Assembly (NCBI GenBank): GCA_000004985.1
Contig: GG738865.1
Length of the DNA: 64,000 nucleotides
Direction: 5' to 3' (one strand)
Source of the DNA: Naegleria gruberi
Taxonomy: Eukaryota
The position numbers and the translations under genes are program-made. Shown piece by piece: positions 24,250 through 36,924 of this stretch. The notes beneath the pieces are model-generated. The model saw nothing but the letters and a program-made list of their open reading frames with translations, was not told the DNA's origin and searched no databases. The first letter of the stretch is position 1; the number at the start of each line of letters is the position of its first letter.

Positions 24250-26184
24250 ATGACATTTCGTAATCTTTCAAGTGACGAAGTTAATTTCATGATTTATAGA
24301 TATCTTCAGGAATCTGGCTTTAAACACAGCGCCTTTTCTTTTGCTAGTGAAAGTAATGTACAATCGTGTGGTATTAGAGGAGCAGAAGTTCCACCAGGAG
24401 CCTTGATTTCCTTCCTTCAAAAAGGTATACAATACCTTGAAGTTGAAACTAAACTACGAAACAAGAGTGATCAACAAGTACAATTTGATACTGTATTTGA
24501 AATGCTTTTACCAGATGTACCTAAAGAAAAGTTACTCTTTACCAGAGGTACACCACCAGGTGTAACTACATCAATTGCTATGGCAGGTACTATTTCAGAT
24601 CATCCTTCATCATCCACAAATAATTCTAGATCCACTACTATACAATCCTCTACTACTACTCAACAAGCTTCTACCTCTAAAACAACAAGCGGAAGCTTAA
24701 AGGAAACCAATTCTTCATCAAATTCTTCCAATCCAACAAATCCTAATAACACAACCACTACAGCTTCTACTACTTCTACTACTAATACCACACAACGACG
24801 AAAGAATTCATCCAGCGAAAAAGCCAATGTTAGAACAAGTTCTAATGCTAATGGTAATAGCGGAACCAATTCTTCTGGACGTCCATCAAAGAAACAAAAA
24901 CAAAATACTACAACACCTGCAACTACAAGTAGTACTGCTGTTACTACTAGTGGAACATCATTGGCCAGTAATGGTTCACACAATAGTTTGGCAACTCATG
25001 ATGAAGAGAGTGCTGCCGTTATGGTTATTGATGAAGGACATTTGTATCATTCTGAAGCCAATACTAGTACAATAATACCTGATAGTCTTGTTACTAAACT
25101 GAAAGGACACACTCATGAAGTTTTTATTTGTGCTTGGAATCCTGCTCGTAGCAATGTTTTGGCATCAGGATCTGGTGATTCCACTGCTAGGATTTGGGAA
25201 TTGGTTAAAGATGAAGTTGGTCCTAGGGCAGCTCCTCTTCATCCACTTGTTTTAAATCACGGAGATAATACAGCTACAGGAGAGCTTCAAGCTTCAACTA
25301 AGGATGTCACAACTCTTGATTGGAGTGGAGATGGTAAAAGGCTTGCAACTGGTTCATATGATGGTAAAGCTAGGATTTGGTCTGAAGATGGTAGACTCAG
25401 ATGTATTTTGGATCAACACAAGGGTCCAATCTTTTCACTTAAATGGAATAAGGCAGGAAATTATCTTTTATCTGGTTCAGTTGACAATACTTCAATTGTA
25501 TGGGATGTTGAAAATAATCAAGTTAAACAACAATTTGCTCATCACTCTGCACCAACATTGGATGTTGATTGGAGAACTAACACCTCTTTTGCTACATGCT
25601 CAACTGATAGAATGATTTATGTTTATGAATTGGGTACAAGTAACCCAACCAGAACATTTTCTGGACACGAAGATGAAGTCAATGCTATTCGATGGAGTCC
25701 AAATGGTAAACTTTTGGCTTCATGTTCTGATGACTTTACAGCCAAGATTTGGTCCTATGATAGTCAAAAATGTGTCTGGGACTTTAAGGAACACACAAAG
25801 GAAATTTACACAATCAAATGGAGTCCAACAGGTCCTGGAACTGATTATCCTAATAAGAATACAGTTTTGGCAAGTGCTTCATTTGATGCTTCTATCAAGT
25901 TGTGGGATCCTATTGCCGGAAAATGTTTACATTCACTCACAAAACATACTGATCCTGTATATTCTGTAGCTTTCAGCCCTGATGGTAAATATTTAGCAAG
26001 TGGGTCCTTTGATCGTTATTTGCACATTTGGTCAGTTCATGATGGTAAATTAGTAAGGACATATCATGGAAGTGGTAGTATTTTTGAAGTTTGTTGGAAT
26101 GCAACTGGTGATAAGGTTGCTGCTTGTTTCTCGAACTCTATAACGGAGGAATTTAATGTTTGTGTTCTCGATTTTCGTATGTAA
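24250..26184 (+). CDS. TBL1/TBLR1 (Ebi)-like corepressor subunit with LisH, an S/T/N-rich linker and a WD40 beta-propeller.
   Basis: ATG at 24250. The N-terminus [61 protein letters not shown] is near-identical in pattern to the TBL1 LisH/F-box-like region. The C-terminus has at least 7 WD repeats (e.g. [28 protein letters not shown] ... [31 protein letters not shown]). Confidence 0.85.
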   Translation: [644 protein letters not shown]

Positions 26185-26313
26185 TCGTTTGAATAAATCC
26201 ATGTTTTCTATTAAGGTATTTTGTTTAAAATTGTAAACTTTTCCAATGTGTACTGTTACGAATAAAAGGTATTTGTAAAATGTTATTGATCTAATTGACC
26301 AATAAAATGTTGT

Positions 26314-28783
26314 TTATTCAATGTCATAACAATCAAGTCCGCGTGCCTGACATCTACAACATGGTCTCACATTTGTACACCGCAAATGTGATCTTCTACA
26401 ATGATGGCAAGCTCTTTTAGCATTGCTTCTGCGTTTCTTTTTCAGTTTTCCTTTCTTGGAAATTCCACCACCTACAGGAGGCATGTAATCATCATCTTCC
26501 TGTGAATCACTACTGCTTCTATCACTATCTCGGGAAGATTGTTTTTTCTTTGATTTTTTCACAAGCGATGGAGAGAAGGATGAAGAATCTGTGTTTGAAA
26601 GAGATCCTGATAAATCGTATGGGTTATCATTGGAATTACTGTTGGAATTTGGTGATTCTGAGGTAGGTCTATAGTACACTTCTGGTATGTAGTTTTGATA
26701 ACAGTTATTGTAATATTTCAAATGTGGTTCATATTCATCTTCTTCTTCAGAGAGTAGAAAAACAAAATCACTCTCGCTATCTTCGTCATCACTTTGTTCT
26801 TCTAGTTCTAGTTTTTGTTCTAGAGATTGCATTTTGATACCTAGAGGGCTATAATCTTGTTCTTCTTCAACACCGTACTTATTCAAGAAGATTTCAATCT
26901 TATTCTTTAAAAGTGTTATGGAGTCTTCTGGAGAAAATGATTCTACCAATGAGTAGTCAAATAACATTGTGGAATACTTGTTATCATTGAGAATTAACCC
27001 GTTATTAATCATTGAGGTTAAAACACCATAAGCATCAACTCTTCTTCCACTGAATCAAATTGTTATTCCACCTAATATTGTGTGCTATACTTACACAAAT
27101 AAATATAATAAGAATTGGATTTCATCAAAGTGTACAAGTATTTCTTTCAAATCACCATTTTTCATCTTCATTTCTTCATCTTCCATGATGTCAAAGTGAT
27201 TATTTGTCATTAATGCAGGATCATAGTATGGGAAATGTTGTAATAAATAAATTCTTGCTCTCTTCATTTCATAATCATGAACAAGTTCGTAAAATACACT
27301 TCTCTTGAACCTATTATTTTGTTGTTATTGTGGTCAACACTCTTGCAAGTACTTACTCTGAAATTTTCCATTGATAAGGATTCTCTTTTTCTGGGTTTGT
27401 TTTTTCATCATTTAGATCAACTGTTGATGTACTAGGGCTATCTTTGTGAGTAACTGAATTGGTGGTATTAAAAGTATTATAGGAAAAAGTAGGGGAGGAA
27501 TGTAATGAAATATTTGAAGGATCATTAGAATCAACCTTTGGATTAGGGATATGGTGGTTATTGGTTGAAGGAGCAATGGTTTGTTGTTGATTATATTCGG
27601 AATTGGTCATTATTTGATTGGGCGAACATGATTGATTAATCGGAATAGTATAATTAGAGGAAAGCACTGATCCATTATTGTTTGATGTACAATTAGCAGC
27701 ACTTGTCATGGCATTATTTTGATTCAAATGATGGGAAGTTAAACCAGTATTATTATTGTAGTGGTGATCATTAGCCATCAAACTTTCGTTACTTGTTACA
27801 GATGGTTTGAGTGACAAGGTTGGATGAATTTGGTGATGATACAGATTAAAGTTTGTGGTCTGACTATTGGTATTTGAGCTAACCAAATTACTGCTATTGT
27901 GTAAATGATTATTGTTAACTGAATTATTACCACTATTAGTGTTACTTCCAATATGGGATTGGACAACGGATGAGTTATAAAAAGGTTGTGAAGTTGGCCA
28001 GGATGATTGATTGTAATTATAACTAGGGTTTGGAGCTTCATTCTTTGAAAATCCTTGTTGTTCAGCAGCGGCCATATTACTTGTGGCAGGTGAAGAATTG
28101 ATTGACAGTGTTTGTGTAGTAGAATAGGAGGATAATGATCTATTGATCACAGAGTTCATCGGATCTGAAGTATTTAATGATTGTTGCTGATCAGTATGAG
28201 CAAAATGGTGAGGAGAGGATATTGGTGCAGCTTGCTGTGGAGAGGAGGAGGAAACAATTTGTTGTTGTTGACTTGTTGAACCATTCAATCCCGATGAAGG
28301 ATTCAAGCAATGATAAACATTACTATTGTTCAATTGTTGGTGATTAGATACAGACAACGCGCTACTATTATTTGAAGAATTAGAGTTATTGTTTTTTAAA
28401 GATCCTCCATTAATTAGAGTTGGAATTGTAGCGCTGCTTCTTGTATTATTACCATTATTAACTACTGAATATTGTTGTTGATTAGACTCCGATACAGAAC
28501 TGATTCCGTAGAGTTGTTGTGATTGGTTTATAATATGGTGATGATGATGATGGTTTGTATTGGTAAAAGTTTGATTCATCACCCCGACACCTCCAACAGG
28601 AGTTATATTATTATGGTCAATATTATTACTATGATTACTATGGTTCATCATTGAATTAATGTTATGATAGCTCGGACTTGAATTATCAAGTGGCTGAACA
28701 ACGGTCGTCATCAGAGAATTACCAGGAAGTTGTGGTGAAGATGTTGTTGCTCCGAGAATAGCTCCACTATAGTCGTGAGACAT
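26314..28783 (-). CDS. Zn2Cys6 (GAL4-type binuclear cluster) protein with a 475-aa N/Q/H/S-rich N-terminal region, a conserved central block and the zinc cluster at the extreme C-terminus, in 3 exons.
   Basis: Model complement(join(26314..27049, 27095..27310, 27357..28783)), introns 46 and 45 nt (both GTAAGT..AG, phase 2), about 792 aa. The C-terminal ACHHCRRSHLRCTNVRPCCRCQARGLDC has the exact C-X2-C-X6-C-X5-C-X2-C-X6-C spacing. The central exon reads EFKRSVFYELVHDYEMKRARIYLLQHFPYYDPALMTNNHFDIMEDEEMK... The track splits it into 27353..28783 and 26314..27012. Confidence 0.65.
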
Positions 28784-28957
28784 TTTTTTGTTAAATGGGT
28801 TGTACTTTTTTTCTTTTGTAATGTTTCAACTTTCACCGATGGAAAAATATCAATTCATGATTGGATCATCGCAAGTTGGTTAACCTCGAATAAAAAATAT
28901 TTACAAAAAATTAAAAAACTGTCATCGGAAATGTCACACATAGCTATGATTAATTTA

Positions 28958-31900
28958 TTAATCATACATTTCTTCAATTTCTTTAACAATTTCTTCAAAA
29001 TCAACAATTGTGATTTTTTGAACAGGTCCAATTCTTCTTTTTGTTTTTTGTTGGGTTAATGTACTTGTTCTGTCTCGAGTTAAAATTTCATCTTCTGCGT
29101 GCTCATCAATAGCTACAAGTGTTACCTTATTAGCATTAGACCTGTTGTTGGATCTTCCATTTCCAAGATTTTCAGGAGCTAACTGTAGAATCTTTACACC
29201 AGTTAACCTGGTAACTGAAGATGATGAAGGAGCACTCAATTGTTCCAAAGCAATATCAGCTGCATTCTTCTTCTTGGCATTACCACCCTTCTTCTTCAAT
29301 GATAAATCATCTAGCAAGTCTATTGGTGGTCTCTTATCCAGGGCTTTATCTACAGTAGACTTTACTTGATGGAAATCAAAGAACTTTCCACGTACTTCCT
29401 CTTCATTAACCTTTCTGCCTTCCATAATGTAGGTGCGACTGGTCTTGGCGATTTGTATCAATTCTTTCTCATCCTTATTTTCACAATGCACACATGCCAC
29501 TTGTTTAATACCGATGCAATTTACATGGAATGCATGACCGCAAGGGAATATTCTACACATACTTGATTCTTCCATGGTTTTCTTACCTAGTGGGTTTCCA
29601 CAAAGGAAGCAGTATAAACTGTTAGGCTTTAGGGCACTATTCAAATCTCTGTGTAGTTGATTTCCAATATTGAAAATGTCATAAGAAATTAGTTCATTGG
29701 ATTGCTTTAACAATCCACTTTCGTAGCTATAATTATCTAATAATCTCATAATTGTTACCTTAACATTACCGAATGCATCACTATCGTGCTCAGTAACAAT
29801 ATCATTCAAGATTGATGGAATATCCACATATCTCATCATCTCACTAAGTATTATTCTAATATACAATGAATTACATCTTTGTAACCAAAGATTAGCCAAT
29901 TTTTGAATGTTGTGAGGAGCTGTTGGATCATTATTTCGTTCTTCTTCGAGTTGTTTTTCTAATTTTTCCTTTTCTTCCAAACTCTTCAATTGCATTTGGA
30001 GATTATGAATGTGATCCTTTTTCTTTTTTAATTTAATTTGGAGTCTTTCGATTCTTTCCTCATCTGGGTCATGCAACTCTCTCTCAGCATTCAAGTCTTT
30101 CTCAATCTTGATAATTTCAGTGTTTGTATCGACAATTTCTTCCTTGATGATATCAAATTCATCAAGTTGGGTATCCTCCAAATCGAACTCATCAAAACCT
30201 TCACTGTCAACAATTTTCTTTTGAAAAACTGAAGATTCCTCTCTCTTACTAACACTCAGAGGTTTTCCTTCTAAAAATCCATATCTCAACTTTCTTTGAA
30301 GTAAAACAAAGGTATTCAACAATCTGAACCATAATTGTCTAACTTCACTATCATCCAGAGTTTTTCTTTCACTGTTTTCGCAGCACAAGTTAATAGCAGT
30401 CTTGAGTTCTTTTACCAGATTTCTGGATTCATGACAAGTTAGCACATCAGTAAGTTCTGCTTTTTCTCCAGCATCATAACCTTCCTTCAAAGTTACTTTA
30501 GGGAGTTTGATTTTTGGTTTTTGTTGTAAAACCTTCATTTGTTCGATAATTGGTTCATTTGGACAATAAACAGGTGGGTCATCTGTGATCAAGTTGAAAT
30601 CCTTACTAATCTCATCAAAGTTCTTCTCAAAAGCAGCATTTCTTTTTCTGGAAACTTCATCAATTAACTTTAATTTCAGAAGGTCAACAGTGTGTTCTAA
30701 TTCTCTCAAAATTTCATTCAATGCATGTTTGACTTCTCCAGTTCTTTCGAGAAGGAAAGATTTTGCTTCTGGAACATCCTTACATATTTTCATACATTTA
30801 TCAACATCAAGGCCGGATCCTTGTTGTTGTAAATACTCCTTAACTTTCTTATTGTCTTCAAAGTCGCAAACCATTTGCAAGTATGTGTAGGTTAACTCTT
30901 CCACAGAGATACCCCTTTTAGCAACTTCATTCATATTCAAAGAACCATTCTCAGAAGTTGGATCCAATAATAAGGAAGTAATATAACAATAGAAGAAAAA
31001 TCTTAGAGTTCTATATCGTTCTGGATCCCTTTCTTCGTCAAGTAATTTTTGTATTGTCATGACTACGTGTTGATGGCAAGCATTAGAAAACGACAAGTCA
31101 ACAACCAAAGTTTCGGCAAGCTCTGGAATTTGAGACCAAGTAATCTCGAACAATCTCTTTAAATTGACTTCAAGATACCACTGATATTTTTGGGTGCTAG
31201 ACATGAAAAACTTGGCAAGTTTGTAAAGATCAAATCTTTTTGCAAGTTCCATGAATTTGGTCTTATCATAATAGGTTTTTCTCTTTTCAAGGATTTCAAT
31301 AAATCTTTCTTCTCTATCCTCTCTGAGGGACAAAATTCTTTGTTTTTCTTTATCGTCAGTGCAATTCCTAAGTCTTCTCAAAATATCTTCTGAAAGGAAG
31401 GTAAAGATTACAAGAAGGATATTATAGTCTTCAGCTTTAAGTATACCCTTTGCTAAAAACTTAGCATAGAAAGAGAAGAAAGCAATTCTTCCATCATAGA
31501 AACTTGGATGTTTCATAAATTGATGGGGCAGTTGGAGTCTCAAAATGTATTCAATAAGGTTTTCTTGGGTAAAGTCTTCATCCCATGGATTAGTGGCTGA
31601 ATCATCATTCATTGCTATTTCAAGAACATCAAATAGCTTTTCAGGATAGTGCCTGACAATGGAGTGGAAGGCTGATGTTGGATCTCTGTCACCATCCTCT
31701 TCCTCATCAAATATAAAATCGACAACATCCTTCTTGATATCAGTAACCAAATCCTCATGTTCTGGAACATTACCAACTAGGTATCTCTCAAAGAAGTAGA
31801 GAATTACTTCTGCAACTTCTCTTTCACGGCTTTCTCCATATTCTTCAAGTATTCTTTCAAGAGGTTCTACATATTCTCTTTGGTAAATATTAGTAACATG

Positions 31901-34001
31901 TACATAAGTTTTCAGAAGTGAACATTCTCTGCAAAATTGAATAATCTTATCATACATATTATATTGTTGAAGATCCAATCTCATAATCAATGTATCAAGT
32001 CTTTCTTGTTGAGTCTTGAAATTTGAAATGAAGCCTTGGAAAATTGGCCATGGAATACTCTTTAATGCTCCAGACAGAATAAATGGTTCTAACAATTCCA
32101 AGAAAATCTGTGTCTTTCCACATTCTTCAAATGTAGTATGGACTGCACTAAAAACTACATCTTCTCTTCCAACTTTCATACAATTGTCAATACATGTTGA
32201 TCCAACAAGCTTATAAATATAGTCATCCTTATATTCTGAACCTGTAAGGCTCAATCGTAAATACTCAGTTACAAGTCCAACTGTTTTTGCGGCTAAAATA
32301 TCCAATGCTGCATCGGCAGGAAGTCCAAACACACATTTTCCTTTTCCAGTATAAAATTCGTGAGTGAGTTCCAGAGCTTCTTTCCACAGTCCAGCATCTG
32401 ATAATTGATAAATTCTCTCCTCCCAAGGTTTGATAGAAATCTTTACCAAACCATGTTCTCCGAGAACAACAAATCCTCTTGAATTGATATCATAACTGGA
32501 GTGTTTGGATCCTTGCATAGCATAATGGTCCAATGGGTTTGTAAATGTGATATCTTCCGTTTCAATTACTGATGTATCATCAACCCTTACATCAAATAAT
32601 AAAACTTCTTGGTCAGCAGTCATGACAACAAGACTTTTTTCATCAAACCATCCCAAACCACAAACATCAGATGTTAATTCAGAATTGAAAATAATATCCT
32701 TTTTTCCATCTTTAGATATATCTATTATGTGCACATCTTTCCCATATGCAAATGCCACAATACCAGTCTTTGAGTTTGAACTGGAATTTGCCAAAGCAAG
32801 ATAAGGCAATAACCCTTTTCCATAGAGAGGATATCCAAACGAGACAGGATCTCCATCAGGTACAAGAGTTTTTCCCATCGAATAGAGTAACAACTTTCCA
32901 CTTCTTGTACCTACTGCAAGATAAGATTTGGAAGAATCCTTTGGAATGACTGCAAACGTAATGATTGGGTCATCACCAACAGACATTTGAAACATTAAAC
33001 TGTAACTATATCTGAAAAGAACCTTAGAAAGAGCAAAACATTTAAGAGTACTCTATTAACAATGTAAGAAATAATCATTAACACTAATACATACAGAAAA
33101 CAACTCGGAGGCAATAATTGAATACATATCAGTAAGGAAAGCAACATTTACAACAGGTGAAGTAAAAGCATCGTCTATTCTCTTGATAACGCTTGCCTTA
33201 AGAACATCCCAAACAATAATAACACCCTTTTCGTAACCGGCTACTAACCAATCCTCTTGGAATGAAAAGCTTAGTGATGAAACCTTTCCTGTCGATACAT
33301 TTTCCACTCCTGTTGTGTTTCCGAGAATACATTTCAACTCTTGGTCGTCAGAGCTGAATATTAAAATTAAGCCACGATCTGTTCCAAAGGCTGTGTACTT
33401 CTTTGAAACTCTTATCGATACCACTTTTCCTACCTTAGCGTTAACCGAAGGTTTGTATATTTCTGTGCTCATCGCCTTTAATTTCTCGTTTTTAAGAATA
33501 CTCTTTGTTATGTCCTTCTTACTTTTATCATCCTATTTCAAGTATATTTTGATGGAATTCGGAGAGTTGAAAACTTACTATTGATTTGGAAACGGTACTC
33601 GTTTCATTTGCTGATGAATGGATATCTAATTCCTCAAGAAAATCATCCAACTCTTTTCCTAAACTTAATTCATCTGTAAAAATTGGTTCGGTAAGGATTC
33701 TTTGTAGAGTTTGATTACTTTTATCTTCATCCTTTTGATCCATTTTCATCATGGCTATTTGCTTTTCCAACTCTTCGATTTGATCCAATTGTTCAACTTC
33801 ACCATGTTCCTTATTATTCTGCAAGTTGAAGGTAATTTTAGTACCTGTTCCAAGATGATACTCAGAATCGTTATCAGACAAATCATCGAGGGTGTCATCT
33901 TGCCCTCCCAATTCATCAGAGTCCAAGTCGAGACTCAATTCTTCTTCATCAGAGTCGTTATATTTTGCCCCCTTGAGTTGTTGTTGTCGCTCCTTAGACA
34001 T
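28958..34001 (-). CDS. Vps8-type large HOPS/CORVET-family subunit: N-terminal acidic region and WD40 propeller, alpha-solenoid, and a C-terminal RING-H2 finger, in 3 exons. Vps8 is inferred from size.
   Basis: Model complement(join(28958..33022, 33095..33532, 33579..34001)), introns 72 and 46 nt, both phase 0, about 1641 aa. The track ORFs 33528..34001, 33056..33472 and 28958..32995 are one gene. The C-terminal CFLCGNPLGKK...CRIFPCGHAFHVNCIGIKQVACVHCENKDEK is a RING-H2 finger. Only the roughly 1400-1600 aa length separates Vps8 from the shorter RING-containing paralogues Vps11/18/41. Confidence 0.75.
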
Positions 34002-34045
34002 TTTTTATAAATGGAAGCACAGTATTAATAATTGCCAGCTGCTGT

Positions 34046-35492
34046 TTATTCACCTTCAGGATCGACCACTTCCTCACTTGCAGCAGATTCTTCACCATCC
34101 TGTTCAGTGCCGTTAGAGAGACTTTGTTTTCTCTCTTCCAAATTCTGCTCTTCAATTTGTTTTCTTTTGGCTTCTTCTCTTTTCCTTAATTCACGTCTTC
34201 TCCTCTCCATTTCTTTTGATTCGGCATCGACAATGTCTGTAAACTTTTCTCGATACTCTGTAATTTGCTTAATCTTTAAATTATAAAATGAGAAACATTG
34301 CTTGAATAGTATGGAGTGATCGTACAGTCTTCTAGTACTGTGATTCAAATAGTGCAATACTTCTCCCATGTGTAATCTTTGTTCAAGTGCAGTGTCATGC
34401 AATTTGAGATATGACATTGCTACTCTGAAAAGTATTTTTGTTCCTTCACTGAAAACTAAATCTAAAACTCTCATCGATGTCTCAATAGGGAAAACCTCAA
34501 TAAATAATCTCATGAACCATCCACTGGCAAATGCCGTTGTCTCTACTCCAAATTTATGTAAATGAGCATGAAGTTTTGGTAATCTTTCCTTGATTAGTTC
34601 GTCCAAAACATAAGAATCCACTCTCATACCAGTAAGTTCTGGATTATAATAATTTGCTGGTAAAATGTCTTCGAGTAAGGTTACTAAGAGCCAAAAAGCT
34701 TCTTCCTCTCCACAGTGCAATAATAAACTTCCGACAATATAGTTCAAACTCTGGCAATAGCTTACGTAAGGGTTTCTCCAACTGAATGCTGTCAATACAT
34801 TCTTCATTTGTGATCTTCCTATTGAGTGACTATTACAGAAAAATGGATGTGAAGGGAAAGTTCTACACAAATCCAAGTCTATCTGAGCTTCATTCGGACA
34901 TGTTTGACCCTTGTGAACTGTTTGATTTAAATTAAAAAGAACTTTAAATATTTACCTTCGAGAATCTTCTTGTAATATCCTCTGTTTTCCTTCATTTTCT
35001 TATCCACTCCCGTTATTTGAATCCAAACATGTCTTCTATACCAAGATGGAATTGAATGTTTTCTTACCAGTGCCTTGACTGTTTTCCTTGCAGAGTCCGA
35101 TTTTAACAATTTTCCTTGAATTCCACCACATTCATCAATATAATGTTTCCACGCTTTTGAACTTTCTTCATAGACTTTTTCTCTTTTTGATTTAATCCAT
35201 TGTGTATAGGCTTGATAAACTTCAGGATCATCATTTGATTGAGGTTCAGGAAATCCATAATTTACAATTGAACACCACTGATAATTAATTTGTAATTCAT
35301 CGGTGTCGTTCAACAATTTTAATCCATCCTCATGAATAGTATCATCTAAAAAGTTTCATCAAAAAAAGTAGATTTATCACCCCCGTCATCATTTTAATAT
35401 TTCATCAAACAAATATATAAAAACATACGATCTTCCTCTTCGGTTAGGTTATGATTGATAGGCCCTTTTGATTTGAATGGATTGAGAGGCAT
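34046..35492 (-). CDS. TBC-domain Rab GTPase-activating protein, in 3 exons.
   Basis: Model complement(join(34046..34917, 34956..35345, 35429..35492)), introns 38 and 83 nt, both phase 1, about 441 aa. The Arg-finger region IPSWYRRHVWIQITG (IxxDxxR type), LDLCRTFPSHPFF (RTFP motif) and the Gln-finger YVSYCQSLNYIVGSLLL (YxQ motif) are all present. The track ORF 34927..35316 begins at a TTG, not the true start. Confidence 0.8.
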
Positions 35493-35832
35493 TTTTTTAA
35501 AATGTTTATTTTCGTTGTATCAAGAAGAATCAGACGGGTGAATGGTTTTGTTGAAAGGTAATGAAAAATATCTCCATGAACTCAAACAAGGCCATTGGTT
35601 GTTTGTGAATAAGAGAACAAATCATTAGAACATGTTATCCGAGTGTTGAAGTGGTGGTGTTATTGTGAAAATTGAGTCGTTGTTATTGTTTAGTATCGGA
35701 CAGTCTTGGGCAAGTCAGTATGAGAAACGTTGTAATTCATGGTGGATCCTTAAAAATTATAATCTTCTTATTAGCGAAAGAAATCTCAAAGATTCACTGT
35801 TAATTAATGAGAATCAAGGTTTCCCAAGCATT

Positions 35833-36924
35833 CTAAAAATCCTTAATTCCCTTCTCATTGCTGCCGTCACCATTCCTCAGATACATCATGACTGCAACAA
35901 ACAAAAGAATATTATGAGCATGTTTAACATCCACACAATTAATTTCCAAATACAAACTTCCATTACTTTTAAAAGCAATTAATTGAGCTCTCTTTCTTTG
36001 AATAATTCGTTCATAATCTGGAACTAGATCCGTTTTGTTTCCAATTAGTATACTTTCCACCTTTTCAGTTCCTTTGATATCATTAATATCATTCTCGGCT
36101 CTATCCAATGATTCTAAACGATTCAAATCAAACATTATCAAAGCAGTATTTGCATTCCTCTTGTATAAAGATGTATAAAAATAAGCAGGTTGATCCCATA
36201 ATTGCAAATCTCTAAGGATACCATCCCAAAGTTTGTAAATTTTGAATGTGTGTGCTGATGACACTACTCCAGGAGTGTAATCTCCAATTGATAAACTGTC
36301 AAGAGAGCTTTTCACAAAGCTCGTTTTTCCTACATGATGGTCACCCGTCATGATACATTTGAAAATTTTCTTATTGAACTCTAGGTTGTTTGAGGTGGAT
36401 ACAGAACTAGTGCTGGATGATAATAATCTCGACGAAAAATAAGAAAATAAATTGAATAAACTATTGGGAGATTCCTTTTTTGGTTCATCTTTTGGTTGTT
36501 CAATTTTTTTTGAAAGTATGTCAAAATAATATTCCACCAATTTCATTTCATCAAGAAACCAATTGGTTCTCTTTGGTTCGAATTTTTCCCATTCAAATCT
36601 TTGTCTTTCCCTTTTTTTAAATTCACTTCCTTCAAGAAATTCCACACATAATCCATAAATATGTTCCCTTAGCTTTAATTTTAGAAAATGGGTGAATAAT
36701 TTGTGTTCATTACAACTTTGAATATCTAACGAAGAATAGTTAATATTAGATAAAAATTCTGTAAATTGTTTGTAAATCTCCCGAAACGATAATTCTCTCC
36801 AGGATTCACAAACTCTTCCAATAGTGAAATATTGTTCTGGAATTGAAAAGAAATGATAAATCTCCAACAATAATTCTTCGGGAAGATTATTGATCGTGGC
36901 AACAATTTGTTGATTTTCTTTCAT
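35833..36924 (-). CDS. F-box-like N-terminal domain fused to a divergent Rab/Ras-like small GTPase domain.
   Basis: First ATG at 36924; the track start 36954 is TTG. The N-terminus NLPEELLLEIYHFFSIPEQYFTIGRVCESWRELSF fits the F-box pattern. The C-terminal half has the P-loop KCIMTGDHHVGKTSFV (GxxxxGK[ST]), a switch II-like LWDQPAYF and the guanine-specificity motif LIGNKTDL (NKxD). Confidence 0.65.
   Translation of the reverse strand: MKENQQIVATINNLPEELLLEIYHFFSIPEQYFTIGRVCESWRELSFREIYKQFTEFLSNINYSSLDIQSCNEHKLFTHFLKLKLREHIYGLCVEFLEGSEFKKRERQRFEWEKFEPKRTNWFLDEMKLVEYYFDILSKKIEQPKDEPKKESPNSLFNLFSYFSSRLLSSSTSSVSTSNNLEFNKKIFKCIMTGDHHVGKTSFVKSSLDSLSIGDYTPGVVSSAHTFKIYKLWDGILRDLQLWDQPAYFYTSLYKRNANTALIMFDLNRLESLDRAENDINDIKGTEKVESILIGNKTDLVPDYERIIQRKRAQLIAFKSNGSLYLEINCVDVKHAHNILLFVAVMMYLRNGDGSNEKGIKDF

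Noticed and set aside
27400-28700. Long poly-N/poly-Q/poly-H coding tracts (also 18000-18700, 24600-25000, 41700-41900) as possible satellite or mobile DNA
   Set aside because: They are in frame within long ORFs and flanked by conserved domains. This is the usual coding homopolymer expansion of this kind of genome, not interspersed repeats. No terminal repeats, transposase or RT similarity is present.
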